From Paraspadella gotoi (lineage: Eukaryota > Animalia > Chaetognatha), in NCBI GenBank assembly GCA_051294375.1, contig CM119270.1, positions 2,774,713 to 2,838,712 on the forward strand: a stretch of DNA of 64,000 nucleotides. Direction: 5' to 3'. A program made the translations under genes and the position numbers. This document shows, in pieces, positions 27,074-41,084 of this stretch. The notes beneath the pieces are model-generated. The model saw only the letters and a list, made by a program, of their open reading frames with translations. It searched no databases and had not been told where the DNA came from. Position 1 is the stretch's first letter, and each line of letters opens with the position of its first letter.

Positions 27074-27131
27074 ATACCTCATAGGCCTCGTCGAAGATGA
27101 TGAAAGCATCCTTAGCGTCAGATTCAGACAT
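25323..27131 (-). CDS. Mlc1: Myosin essential (alkali) light chain, EF-hand family; 5 exons, 149 aa
   Basis: Exons 27078-27131, 26609-26711, 26148-26278, 25581-25685 and 25323-25379 total 450 bp, all GT-AG, phases 0/1/0/0. Protein: MSESDAKDAFIIFDEAYEGNDVDCFYMPDILRALGCNCTNKTCIEAGATENLGEKRITFADFLPVWQKVKSDLKDTGCKEDYIEGLKVFDKDGSGKVPIAEVQNVLSSLGEKLEQNESTNLFTLLGIQEDEDGMIVYMEFIDKLIGACA. ELC motifs: LRALG.N.T, GEK..F..FLP, EDYIEGLKVFDK, LGEKL, ED.DG.I.Y. The family is clear; the symbol is provisional (Mlc1 versus Mlc-c/MYL6 unresolved). Confidence 0.95.
25581..25685 (-). CDS. Mlc1: Myosin essential light chain exon 4
   Basis: Acceptor TTGACAG|, donor GAG|GTAAAG; encodes VPIAEVQNVLSSLGEKL...IQEDE. 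Confidence 0.95.
25930..26140. repeat. (ATTC)n microsatellite in intron 3; an (ATTG)n tract also fills the 5' end of intron 1 (~27016-27072)
   Basis: Directly visible. Confidence 0.9.
26148..26278 (-). CDS. Mlc1: Myosin essential light chain exon 3
   Basis: Acceptor GATCAG|, donor AAG|GTGAGG; encodes GEKRITFADFLPVWQ...KVFDKDGSGK. Confidence 0.95.
26609..26711 (-). CDS. Mlc1: Myosin essential light chain exon 2
   Basis: Acceptor TTAACAG|, donor G|GTGAGA; encodes GNDVDCFYMPDILRALGCNCTNKTCIEAGATENL. Confidence 0.95.
27078..27131 (-). CDS. Mlc1: Myosin essential light chain coding exon 1 (MSESDAKDAFIIFDEAYE)
   Basis: ATG in an AAAATG context; donor GAG|GTATTC. Confidence 0.9.
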
Positions 27132-27250
27132 TTTCTTTGGTTTTTGTTTTTTTAATAACAACGACAAAAGTTGAGAGACAAAAAAAATTTATCGTCGAAA
27201 ATTCGAATCTTGATTTGCGTCTCTGAAGAGAAATTTCGTTGGGGGTCGGA

Positions 27251-27257
27251 TTATATA
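27251..27257 (-). promoter_or_regulatory. TATA box of the light-chain gene
   Basis: GGGTATATAAT lies 120 bp upstream of the ATG in GC-richer flanks, downstream of a long (GA)n tract. Confidence 0.6.
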
Positions 27258-27311
27258 CCCTGGTCTTCGTGGTCGTTGTTGTCGTCGTGGTTTCGCGATG
27301 TCAGTGTAACT

Positions 27312-27391
<80 letters not shown>

Positions 27392-28152
27392 CCCCTCGCC
27401 GGACCCGGGCTTTTAGCTCGGCAAGTGTAAGACTCTACTGTACCGCAAAAACAATGAGACTGTAAAAAAAAGTTTTGGGATTTCAATTATTTAGGGTGAC
27501 TTTGATTTAATGTCAGTCGATCGAGCTTCGCGATCATTTTGAGATGTCATGTTAAAGTGAAGCTGGTTTGTCAAAGTTGCATTGCTTTTAAAATTGATTG
27601 AACTTGTACTTCAATTGTTGTAAAAGTTATTTACTTGGTTCACGTTATTATTAAAGAAATAATCTATTTGGACTTGCTATCGAGCTTCTGCCCTCATTAA
27701 ACCATTAAGCCTTTTAATCAATAATATATTACAGAATATTTAGAATGTTTGACTTTCTATTTATGAAGTTTGAATAATAATTGAATAATAAATTTGTATA
27801 AATCCCTCAGCCCTATGTACACAAGATCGGCGAATCTTATTAAGCTTCGCATGTAAGCGTTTTAGATTATTGTAATATATATAACATATATATCATAAGT
27901 ACTATACAATTTGCCTTTTTTTTAAAACAAAAAATCCCTTTACTTGAAAACTTACGTCAGTAAAAAAAAAAGGAATTTTTTCTTTCATTTTTTGAAATTT
28001 ATCTCCGTCACGTTATTTATGATCTTTTGTTGTTATTGTAAAAAATTTTTCAAAACTGATTTACGATCTCGTGAGTCAGAGGGTGAAAGAGAGAGGAGGG
28101 GGGAGGGAGGGGGAGAGAGGGAGAACGCGATTCGGGTTGAGGGGGGAGAGAG

Positions 28153-28220
<68 letters not shown>

Positions 28221-28526
28221 AGAGTCGAGAGAGAGTCGAAGAGGGAGAGGGGAAAGAGAGAGGAGAGAGAGGGAGAAGGAGACGAGGGGTAGGGGAAGGG
28301 GAGAGAAGGGGGGGAAGGTTAGAGGGAGCGAAAAAGGGAGAGGGCGAAGGGGAGGGATGGATCAAGATGGATCGAGTCTGATGGGGTTGATGGGGTTGAT
28401 GGGGCTGGGAGGTTTGAAAGGAGAAATTATGATGTAGAAAAGTGTCGAGTCGGTAAACGAAAAAGATGACGATGATGATGACGATGACGTTAATGACAGA
28501 TCAGGGATCGATTGAGAGACAATAGA

Positions 28527-28597
<71 letters not shown>

Positions 28598-28618
28598 GAT
28601 GATGATGATGATGATGAT
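28527..28618. repeat. (GAT)n microsatellite (another at 29283-29364; (AAT)n at 30510-30604)
   Basis: Directly visible. Confidence 0.95.
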
Positions 28619-28875
28619 CAAATGGATGTTGAAAGAAATTGAAGAAGTGTGACTGAGAATAAATCTGTCGTGAGTCGAGAGCTTAGTTCGTTTTTTACAG
28701 CTAAAGTTTCTAGATATATTGAAGTCATTAAAGACTAAAAAAAATATTATTCACCACTATAGAACGAAATGTATAGTTTAGAAGTATATAAAAATAAACG
28801 TGATTTTGTTTATTTCTTTGTTTCAAACATTTATTTACTTTTGAAAAAAAAATGTCATTTTAAGTTCAAAGATAA

Positions 28876-29001
28876 AGGTTTAAGGGTTTACGTTAGGGTT
28901 CGGCATTTGATTAGGGGTCAAGTTTAAGAATTTGGAGAAATATTATTGATAAAATTAAGGAACAAAGGAACAGAAATGGGTTGCTTTCCGAAAATAGTGC
29001 C
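28876..29001 (-). mobile_element. Truncated, diverged member of the MITE family seen at 22765
   Basis: The reverse complement starts GGCACTATTTTCGGAAAGCAACCC (18/24 match to the left TIR at 22766). An AT-rich spacer and degenerate AACCCTAA repeats follow in the same layout. Confidence 0.55.
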
Positions 29002-29153
29002 AGAAACTTCTTAATCAAACCAATGCATGGACTAAATCTAAATTTAGATATAAATTTGCTCGAAACAAAAAAAAAAATATTTTCTCGTTTCAACTTTTCG
29101 GTCATGGATTACACCGACGTCGCGAGTGTGGGATAACAACAACAACAACAAAA

Positions 29154-29199
<46 letters not shown>

Positions 29200-29282
29200 C
29201 GACGACGAGTGAAGAAGAGGAAAATGAAAACAATCGATTTTGACAGAAGAGATAATGAATGATGGGCGATGAGAAAGGAGGC

Positions 29283-29366
<84 letters not shown>

Positions 29367-29681
29367 GAAGATATATCTAATAATCACGACGAAGATAAAA
29401 AAAAAGCGGTCAGCACATTTTATAAACATTCGTTCGTACTAGTACAAATTACAAAAAAATTTAAAACGCAAATGACTCAACGAAATGAGATCGATTCGCT
29501 TTCAAAGTGACTCAAAACCTCACGCCGCGTCGGATGTCGTTAGCAGGTGTCGCCCGGCACCTGTTCTTTCGACAGGAAGATGCCGATAAGGATAAGAAAT
29601 GGAATCGAAATGAAATCGCCCAAAAATTCCACTGCGTCTTATTCTCTTCTTTCTCATCACACCTTCCGCCCCCACCGCCTC

Positions 29682-29770
29682 CGCCTAACCCGCGCCTAAA
29701 CCCACGTCTAACCCGCGCCTAACCCACGCCTAACCAACGCCTAACCCACGCCTAACCGCCGTCTAACCCA
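29682..29770. repeat. 11-12 bp tandem repeat (CGCCTAACCCA/G)
   Basis: About 8 visible copies. Confidence 0.8.
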
Positions 29771-30508
29771 GCCTTCTTTCTCTTCGCCACCGACCTACTG
29801 ACAGACCGACCGAAACCGAAAATGAAGGAAAGATTTTTTTTCGTGGCCTCGATTTTCGGGTTTGATGTTGTCTTTTGATGGATTTAGTTTGATGGAGTTC
29901 TTTGATGGAGAGGTTTCTTTGGGTAAAGTAGCTTGATGGAGTATTTTGATGTGGTTACTTGATAAATTTTTTGATGGAGTGGTTTTGATGTAGTGGTTTT
30001 GAGGAAGTCTTTGATGTTGTTGCTTCATGAAATTCTTTTGATGAAGTGGTTTGATGGAGTCGATAGAGTGATCCTAGATCGATGGAACCAACGCGAATTT
30101 TGATGGTTTCGTCATAAAGATGCTTTTTTTATGTCCGGAAGAAAAAAATTGGATCAGAAATCTGATATGAGANNNNNNNNNNNNNNNNNNNNNNNNNNNN
30201 NNNNNNNNNNNNNNNNNNNNNNNNNNNNNNNNNNNNNNNNNNNNNNNNNNNNNNNNNNNNNNNNNNNNNNNNNNNNNNNNNNNNNNNNNNNNNNNNNNNN
30301 NNNNNNNNNNNNNNNNNNNNNNNNNNNNNNNNNNNNNNNNNNNNNNNNNNNNNNNNNNNNNNNNNNAGAAATTGATTGGGTTCAAAAAGATCGAGAGACC
30401 AGAGTGATTTTAGGGGCTTCTCCGTTTGAGCGTCGTTCATATGTCGATTGAAAGAGATGGCATAGATGGCATAGCAGAGATCGAAGCCGTTTTGATAATA
30501 TTGTTTCA

Positions 30509-30509
<1 letters not shown>

Positions 30510-30604
<95 letters not shown>

Positions 30605-30985
30605 GATCTTTCTGGATTTCTTTGTTTTTATTTTATTATAACTAATTACATATACACCACATTTCTAATAAACACAGCAGCAAATCTGTATCAATGAATT
30701 AAAATTCAAAGTAAAGGACAGAAACGTTGATTAGAAATGATTTGCCGCCTGAGCCGATCGGAGTTAACGATTTGACGAGCGAATGGCCACCTGAGCCGAT
30801 CGGCAGACACGACTCGCTCCATCTAACGGCGACACGAAAAAAAAAGTTGCGTCGCGTTGGCGTCGTAGGTCGCTCCTGAACTTCCAGTCGAGCCACGCCC
30901 TCTCTCGATCATTAAAAATGAATCAGTGAGGGAAATCATTCTCTCTCTCTCTCTCTCTCTNNNNNNNNNNNNNNNNNNNNNNNNN

Positions 30986-31075
<90 letters not shown>

Positions 31076-31196
31076 GAAGCCCATCAGGATCGGCCGACCT
31101 CGAAATCTCGCCCCGGGAGATATTTTCAATGAAATTCGGTGCAGTGAAAAAGTTGTAAAGTGGCCCCTTTTTTGTGAGCCGGAAACCGTGAAGATG

Positions 31197-31269
<73 letters not shown>

Positions 31270-31609
31270 AGAGAATGATTTCCCTCACTGATTCATTTTT
31301 AATGATCGAGAGAGGGCGTGGCTCGACTGGAAGTTCAGGAGCGACCTACGACGCCAACGCGACGCAACTTTTTTTTTCGTGTCGCCGTTAGATGGAGCGA
31401 GTCGTGTCTGCCGATCGGCTCAGGTGGCCATTCGCTCGTCAAATCGTTAACTCCGATCGGCTCAGGCGGCAAATCATTTCTAATCAACGTTTCTGTCCTT
31501 TACTTTGAATTTTAATTCATTGATACAGATTTGCTGCTGTGTTTATTAGAAATGTGGTGTATATGTAATTAGTTATAATAAAATAAAAACAAAGAAATCC
31601 AGAAAGATC

Positions 31610-31686
<77 letters not shown>
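30510..31686. repeat. Local fold-back: 30510-30960 repeated inverted at ~31250-31686 across an N gap
   Basis: The identical 65-aa ORF appears at 30699-30896(-) and 31318-31515(+); the arms end in (AAT)n and (GA)n tracts. Confidence 0.92.
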
Positions 31687-31687
<1 letters not shown>

Positions 31688-34600
31688 GTATCTGTGTTGG
31701 GCCGCGCGGTTCCCCTTCGGCGTTTCTGGATCGGCAAAATGAAGCTTCTTCCCTGCGGTTTCTGGATTGGCGGGCCTGGACCAATCACCGTCGAGAGTAT
31801 TGAAGAGAATTCTACCTTTTTACCGCGTTTCCGCGCGCAGCATTGAGGAAACGCGTTGGTCGTGCGTATTATAGGTTGCTTATTTTGATCTTGTAAAAAC
31901 GGACGGCCAACCGTTTTCAAACCCAGTAGAGGTGATTTTTATTTGCGATGCAACCGAATGTTTAAACTTGTTTTTAATGTTTTTACTCTGCTTTTAACTT
32001 GGTATTTACATGTTTTAATGGTTTTTAATTGATTTTAATACGTTTATTCTCTGCCTTTTTATTGATACCATACATGTTATTTTAACCTCCTAACCTTCGA
32101 ATTTCGTGGACCGAGAAAATTAGTGTATTGAGTACAAGATCAAACATTGAAAACGAGCTGAAACGACGTCGCGTCTTCGCCGGGTGAGAGGTTTTTGAAA
32201 AGGTGAGAATTTGAAATTCGATTGAATTTTTCTTTTGATTCCAGGCTCTTTTTATGACGCGACATTTATTCGCCAAAACGCCGACGGCTGGTGAAAAACT
32301 ATATTTCTTCTCCTTTCCTCTCGGCGAAAAATTACGACGCGCGGATGCATTCGCGATTACTGGAGATAAAGGTCCGGTCTATCGACGCTATGGTGGAGAG
32401 ATCGTCGAGTATCTCCGTCTCTCACACCTTCGAGATCCGATTATGACTGGCTTGAGGTCTCGTTTTATACGCGCTGCCCTATTACATTGAATTTGACGTA
32501 TTCCATTTAATTCCTTTTCTTTTTTCGGTTTCCCCTTTGTAGATTCGCCATGGCTTTACTCAGTTCAGGCCTTCGCCGGTCACAGCGCAATCTGCTCAGC
32601 CCGATGAGGAGCTTAGCAGCAGCGCACCTGGGTTGGTTGACAGAGATGAGGCATGTTGCAGAAGGGAGAAGCCCGGATTACAACCCTCGGATGCGGGTCA
32701 ATTGCTGCTCTTATGCATTGAAGGACCCAAGTGTGACCGGACATGGATACCAAAAGAAGCTAGGCTAATAGAGATGAAGTAAGTCAAGCAGAGCTTACCT
32801 TCTTGCTTGGGATAGCTTGGCCACAAACAAAAGGGGTTTCCAAGGAGCCCTAGTTATGCGTCTCCTTCCAGAGCTTTTTTCTCTGAGACAGTGTGGGGTG
32901 TTGGGTGTTCCTTCCACTCAGCTGATGTAGGCCTAAGAGTGATTGTCACCAGTTCCTGTTAAGGACCCTCAAGGGGCTTCTCAGTGTGGAGGGGAAGGGA
33001 GCTCTGCATCAAGAATCTTCTGGAGGCCAGAACTGAAGGCGAGCTGCAGTCAGAGCTAGCTCTTGCAGGTGCACAGTAGATCGGTGCTGCAGCGGGAGCT
33101 TGAGCGGTGACTTTGAAGCTGCCCCCAAGCTATGCTCTCAGGGGCGCTCTAACCACCCAAGTAGAAGATCAGGATTTAAGAGGAAGAAGGTCGGCCAAAA
33201 ACTGGTTCAGAAAAAAGATTCGCATGGTCAAATAGAAGTCGGTCGATCAGCTAAGTCATTAAGCTGAGCTTGCTGCTTAAAGGCTACTGCAGCCATAGAT
33301 GAAAAGATTTGTCAGCAGGAGTTTCAAAGTGAAATTCCAGTTCACAATTGAAAGAGAAAGCTCAAGTGCCCTTCAAGCTCAATTGAGTGTATTTGATGTT
33401 TTGATAATTGACAGGCAATTGCCTCTTCTTGCCGCAGACTCCTCCTCAATCCTCACAAGAACGCAAATGCAGAGATATAGAGCATACAAACATTTCTCCA
33501 GGACAAATGCATGCGAATGGACGGTAGATGCCAGATGTTGCAGAAATGAATACCGAACATGATATATCCCAGGTCAGGTTGTTATTGCTCTAGGAAACCC
33601 TTTGGCGGGGACTTGGTTCCATCCTATAACAAAACCTGCTAATCCTCCCCCTTTGGTTTTCAATATCAACGGCGCCTGTGCTTGAGTGCCTCCTGGTTGG
33701 CTCCCAACATATTCAGATTCCCAGGAATATGCCTGCTGAACATGGTTTTGGCGCAGACACTCGCAACGCAAACCGCCCGTCTCAGGCTGAAAAATGGCCC
33801 AGGCATTTCCTGCTGTTGAAGCCATTCCTGAGGGAATTTCTATGACATGTGAGGAGAGTGTTCCAGGTATGGATTGGTATTCATGGACAACTTTTTTGAG
33901 TTGTTGGAGTGGACCTAAGGGAGTGCTAAAACCAAGCTATCCAGGAATATAAGATGCTGAGAACAGGTGGATGAAGCTCTGGAAGCTTGCAAAGATTCGC
34001 GATACGTGAACATTGAGAAGTACCAAAGTGCACAGCACTGATAAACTGGAAAGAAACTCCTTAAAAAGGGTGAGAATTAACACTTCGAGACCATGATGGT
34101 TTGCGCGAATTTTGTTGGACCTCCAGAAGATGGCCAAGGGTGGCTTCTATTCAATGGAGAACTTCAAGGAGTTGATTCCCATTGACGTCCTTCAGGAGAC
34201 TCATCGAAAGGACGTGTACCCTTTATTCAGGGGTCATGGGAAAAAAATACATCACAAAGATGGACTAGTACCGGTTAAACGATCTGCAGAGTTGTGCTGT
34301 TTTTTCATTTCTATTCACTCAATGACAGAGTTCTGGAAATGGAAATCTCCTATTGCTTCAAAAGGTGCCAGCAACGATCTAGAAGCCCTTCCCAGGCTAA
34401 GGCTCATGTGTGTCCCAAAGTCAATGTCGGTACAGGCGACTCAGTTTGATTCCGAAGGCAAGCACGGTCTTCAGAAGCTGCTTCCAAAATGGTCAAAGGA
34501 TCTAAGAAAGACTGTTGATGCAGCAGCAGCGGAGAAAGCTTCAAAGGCCTCACATCTGCGATGACTGGCGTTCCCACTTGCTGTGAAGATTCCGTAATTG

Positions 34601-37113
34601 TCAGGCATGTAAGAAGATATTCTATTTAATGACTGCTCCCTGTTCAGTCGAAATCTGTATACTGAACGAGATTTCCAGATCAGAGCACAGGTAGCTGGCT
34701 TCAGATGTTTACGTCCGAGGACACATGCGCACAAGTATTGACGAGGCCAAAGAGAATGTTTTGCAAGTGCGAAATCAGACCAACAACACGCATCCTTCAT
34801 TTTGGATTGAGGCTCAACCTGCCAGAAGGTCTCAGTGCGGATGCACGTTGCATTCATCTCCAGCCTTATCGTCCGATTGTGGCGGTCGTCGTTAAGGGTC
34901 CTGCACAAGGTAACTGAAGTTTACGCGATGTTGGATTCTAGCAGTACCTGTACTTTGATGTTCGAGAAGGTTGGTGGAGGAGCTGCGGTTTGACAGACTA
35001 CATCTGTGGAGATGGCATGTGGCGACTTTGGACTCCACCCAAGCGTGGAGAACAGAGATCAGTTGATTTCACTTTGGATCAATAGAATGGCTTATATAGT
35101 GAGCGATGTGGATTACTGTAGTTATTGACGACATACCGGCAGGCCATGGAAATTACCCACATCCTAAAAATCGGTAGCATTTAATGAAGTTCCGAATCTT
35201 GATAGAGAAGTCCTTCATGAGTTGGACAGGAATGGAATTGATCGTGATCATGGGTGCCGATTTTTGGCACACATACTAATGGACAACTATTACCCTGCAA
35301 TGACATATGGCTTCTGCCTCGCGCTTACTGGCGCTAGAGTAGAAATTTCAAAACCCTAATGATTTGATAAGAGAAGTATGAACTCTCCAGCTCTTCTGCT
35401 GTTGAGGGATGTTCAGAAATCCAGCGAGCCGATATGTGGATGAAGGTATGACTTCCCCTTTCTCACAGACACCTAAGCGGCAGCTGTATCGGCAGCCTTA
35501 CCTAGAATGACTGTCAGCATGGAGGCAAGTCTGGCTGACAGCAGTAAAAGACTTGCATGGGCTGGACTGTTACCAGGTCGAGGCTCTAACTCTCCCGGCT
35601 CAGTTGTCAGCCATTATCACCCTGGACAATGAAGAAGCTGTCTCGACGAGCATTGATCGTTGCTTCAAGTGGATATTTGGTGACCTGCCTGCATGAGAAG
35701 ATGGGAATCGATTTAGAGATTGATTTGGAGGCTGAAAGTCTTTCAGTCAATCACTTGAAGGTTGGTTGCATGGGCACTTTACGGGTTATTGCATCTCCCA
35801 TGGAAAGGTGGGCCGTAAAGCTGCTGCGATGAACCTTTCTAAGGTTGACCATCGTGCCAATGGCTATTAGAGCGCGAGAAAGCCCATGCTATTAGTTGCT
35901 CTCGCGATCGTGAAGCCTTGACACAGTGAATGGGATTGTCAAGGAGTGGTGGATGAGGAGTCGCCTCTGAGATCTCAGAAGTCAGTGACCTCTTCAGCCA
36001 ATTGGACCAATGCCCATAGTGCATCGTTCGTTAGAGGACGTATTAAGGCCTGGCAAGGTCAGGCATTTGCATGATGGCTAAGCATGACATAAGAGGTCAT
36101 AGTTTGAAATAGTCAGCTCTGCAGGTCAGACTTGACAGCAAGTAATCGGCAATCTTGCTTCGCTTTTAGGGAGAGCCTTAGGGCTGATGGCGGATTTTGA
36201 AAGTTTCTTTCACCAGGTGAGGGTTTCTCTCCGACAAGAGGCTTGCAGTTTTGCCTTCTGCGTGATTCCGAGGTCTTGAGCTGGATCCTCAAAGCTCTCG
36301 TGACTGTGTTCGGGTTTGAAGCCCTCCCATCTGCCTGCGCATTTGTGGTCAAGTACCTGGCTGACCTAGGTCGTGACAAAACCATCCTGTCACGATTGAG
36401 GCACGTTAAGCGGGACTTGTTATGTCGATGACATTATTGAATAGTCAAGCATCTGTAGCAGATGCTAAAGAAGTCATGTGGTGAAACTGCAGGAGTTGAT
36501 TGCCTCTGGCTGGGTTTCAACCACCATCAATGGCGGTCGAATGACCCTGAGGTGCGAGCACGGCGATTGGAGATTGTGGGCCACTCAGACCCTCTGAGAG
36601 GTGACAGGTCCCTGATTGAAGCTGTCATGGGCAGGCCCCCTTAGCCCCGTGTAGTTGCCTATGCATCGAGGCACAGATGATTTGGCCCTAGGTGGCATCA
36701 CCTTAAGTTTAGGGGGAGACAGTGAGGACTAAGAGGCAGTTGATGGGCGGTGGTAGCTCCCTGTACGACCTCTAGGGAATCGTTCTTCCCTGCCTCTTTT
36801 TGCCAAGCGTTATACTTCAGCGCTTGTTTGTGAGAAGGGGTTGCAATTGGGATGATCCTGTGCCCAAGGATGAGTTAGATTTGTTCTTGGAATGGGAGAG
36901 GTTTCCCTGCCGAGATTGAAAAAATTATAAGGCCTCAGAGATACCATCGTTCCATCGATTGGAGAGATGGTTGCTGACAGGCAGGCTCCACCTGTTGTGA
37001 TGGCCTCCATGGGAAGATATGCGTGCAGTTGCCTTATCTTCGCTTTGTGAGTGTCAATGGCAAAGTTCATATTTGCTTTTTGACCTCGCCGATCGAGGGT
37101 GGCACCTATCAAG
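31687..37113 (+). mobile_element. BEL/Pao LTR retrotransposon, heavily frameshifted and 3'-truncated within the RNase H/Peptidase_A17 region
   Basis: Motifs in BEL order: gag-like LVFMDNF (~33874), Cys/His knuckle remnants (~34570-34800), protease VYAMLDSSSTCTL (34919), RT YVDDI (36421), GFNHHQWRSNDP (~36513), SLYD.LG (~36758), WDDPVPKDEL (36848), VSLPR (~36902), SRVAPIK (37093-37113). No integrase or 3' LTR; the 5' LTR is not resolved. Confidence 0.9.
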
Positions 37114-37345
37114 AGCTCGTTGTTCAGCAAGTTTAATGGGAAACCCGTCGATAACGAAGACTCGTTTCTGAAAAAGGAAAACTTTCCAATAAAGGAAGAA
37201 AAAGGTTGTAAGCTAAAAGGGTCGTGATTGAAAAAAGCCAACGAGAAAAATAGCCACATTAGTAATATTATTATTATTGTTATTAGTAATAATATAAAAT
37301 TTACAGGGAGTGTATAATGTAATTAAATTTAGATTTTAAAGTTTA

Positions 37346-39514
<2,169 letters not shown>

Positions 39515-40102
39515 CTATTTCCTCTTTTCTCGTTGGAAGAGAAAAATGGAGATTGGGGAGGTTCCTTTCTTTTTTCTTTACTCTTTCTATCTTTTTATTT
39601 CCCTTTCTTTCATTATTTCTTTCTTTCTTTCTGTCTTTCTTTCTTTCTTTCTTTCTTTCTGTCTTTTTTTTTTTCTTTCTTTCTTTATAATTTGTTCTTC
39701 CTTTTTTTTAATCATTTTTTTTTTCTTATTTCTCCTGTTTTTGTCAGTTTTTCTTTTCTATTTTTCTTTTCCTTTGATTTTCTTATTCTTTCTTTTCTTT
39801 CTTCATTTTTTTTATTTCTTTTTCTAGTTTTTTTTTAACTTCTTTCTATCTTAACATAAATTATCCAGGTTTGAAATCATCTTCAGCTTCAAAATAATAA
39901 TTATCATTATCAACAACATTAACAAAAAAATATCATTATCATCATCATCATCATAATCTTTTCCTTTCGTAAACAATTAGAGGAATAACATTTTTGTCTT
40001 CGATTCTCAATTTCTCGCTTCGATGTTTTCTTCCTTCTTTTCTAAAAAAAAGGGAAAAAGAAGCTTTTCTCAGAAATTCAATGTCTTTCGACACTTGGCC
40101 TA

Positions 40103-40212
40103 AGGGGGGGGGTGAAGGGGGAGGCAGGGGCGGAAGCAGGGGGAAGGCAGGGGGAAGCAGGGTGGAAGCAGGGGGGAGGCAGGGTGGAATCAGGGGGAGG
40201 CAGAGGGGGCGG
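40103..40212 (+). repeat. G-rich ~11-bp minisatellite (GCAGGGGGAAG) with G-quadruplex potential
   Basis: About 10 runs of three or more G with short loops. Confidence 0.75.
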
Positions 40213-40378
40213 TTTCACTTCCGCCGCCCAAAAACCTTTATAGGCGATAAAATTTGAATGAAAACTTCTTTTTTTTCCCGAATTTTAAATAAATAAATAA
40301 ATAAAATATTTATCGAGAACCCCGTGGCGGAGAAAGGAATTTATTGTCCGCGCGAGAGGATATTAAAAACGCGGTTTC

Positions 40379-40443
<65 letters not shown>

Positions 40444-40808
40444 ACAAAGTGAGGAGAATATTTTATCATGGTTGTCCACGTAGAATTTTATTTTTAAGTT
40501 TTATTGCTTTCGGCGTGCGAATAATATTACGCATATGAGGTTTTAAGTGGTAAATCAAACTGTCTATGCGAAACCATCATATATAAATTATATATATTGC
40601 CTTTCCTTGTTCATAAATGTTTGTTTTCGACTAGTTAAATATATATGTATCTTATTCCTTGTAAACAAAAATATTCGCTTCTCGTCCGCGTTTTGTGCCA
40701 TAGATTCCATCGAAGAACCAACAGGAAAGCGTCAGAAAAAATGTCAGTCAAATCGAAAAGTTTGCGACATCTTGTGTCTCGAGGCGAGAAGAACACCAGC
40801 TGATTCCA

Positions 40809-40898
<90 letters not shown>

Positions 40899-41084
40899 AC
40901 TCAGCCGCCCAAGTCTCCGAGCCATCAAACTCAAATTCCCGCTTGCAATCTGCTTGTATCTTCTTCATCTGCTTGCTCGCTCGCCATCCGAACGGCATCT
41001 TCATGCCATTTGGAAATGTTTTGCCATCCAATCGCCATGCCATTACCATTCCATTGCCACTCCACTCCATCCCTCTGCTGTCTC

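Noticed and set aside
36462-36644. DIRS tyrosine recombinase (GHS..R-like text)
   Set aside because: It lies between YVDD and YDPLG/WDDP, so it is part of BEL pol.
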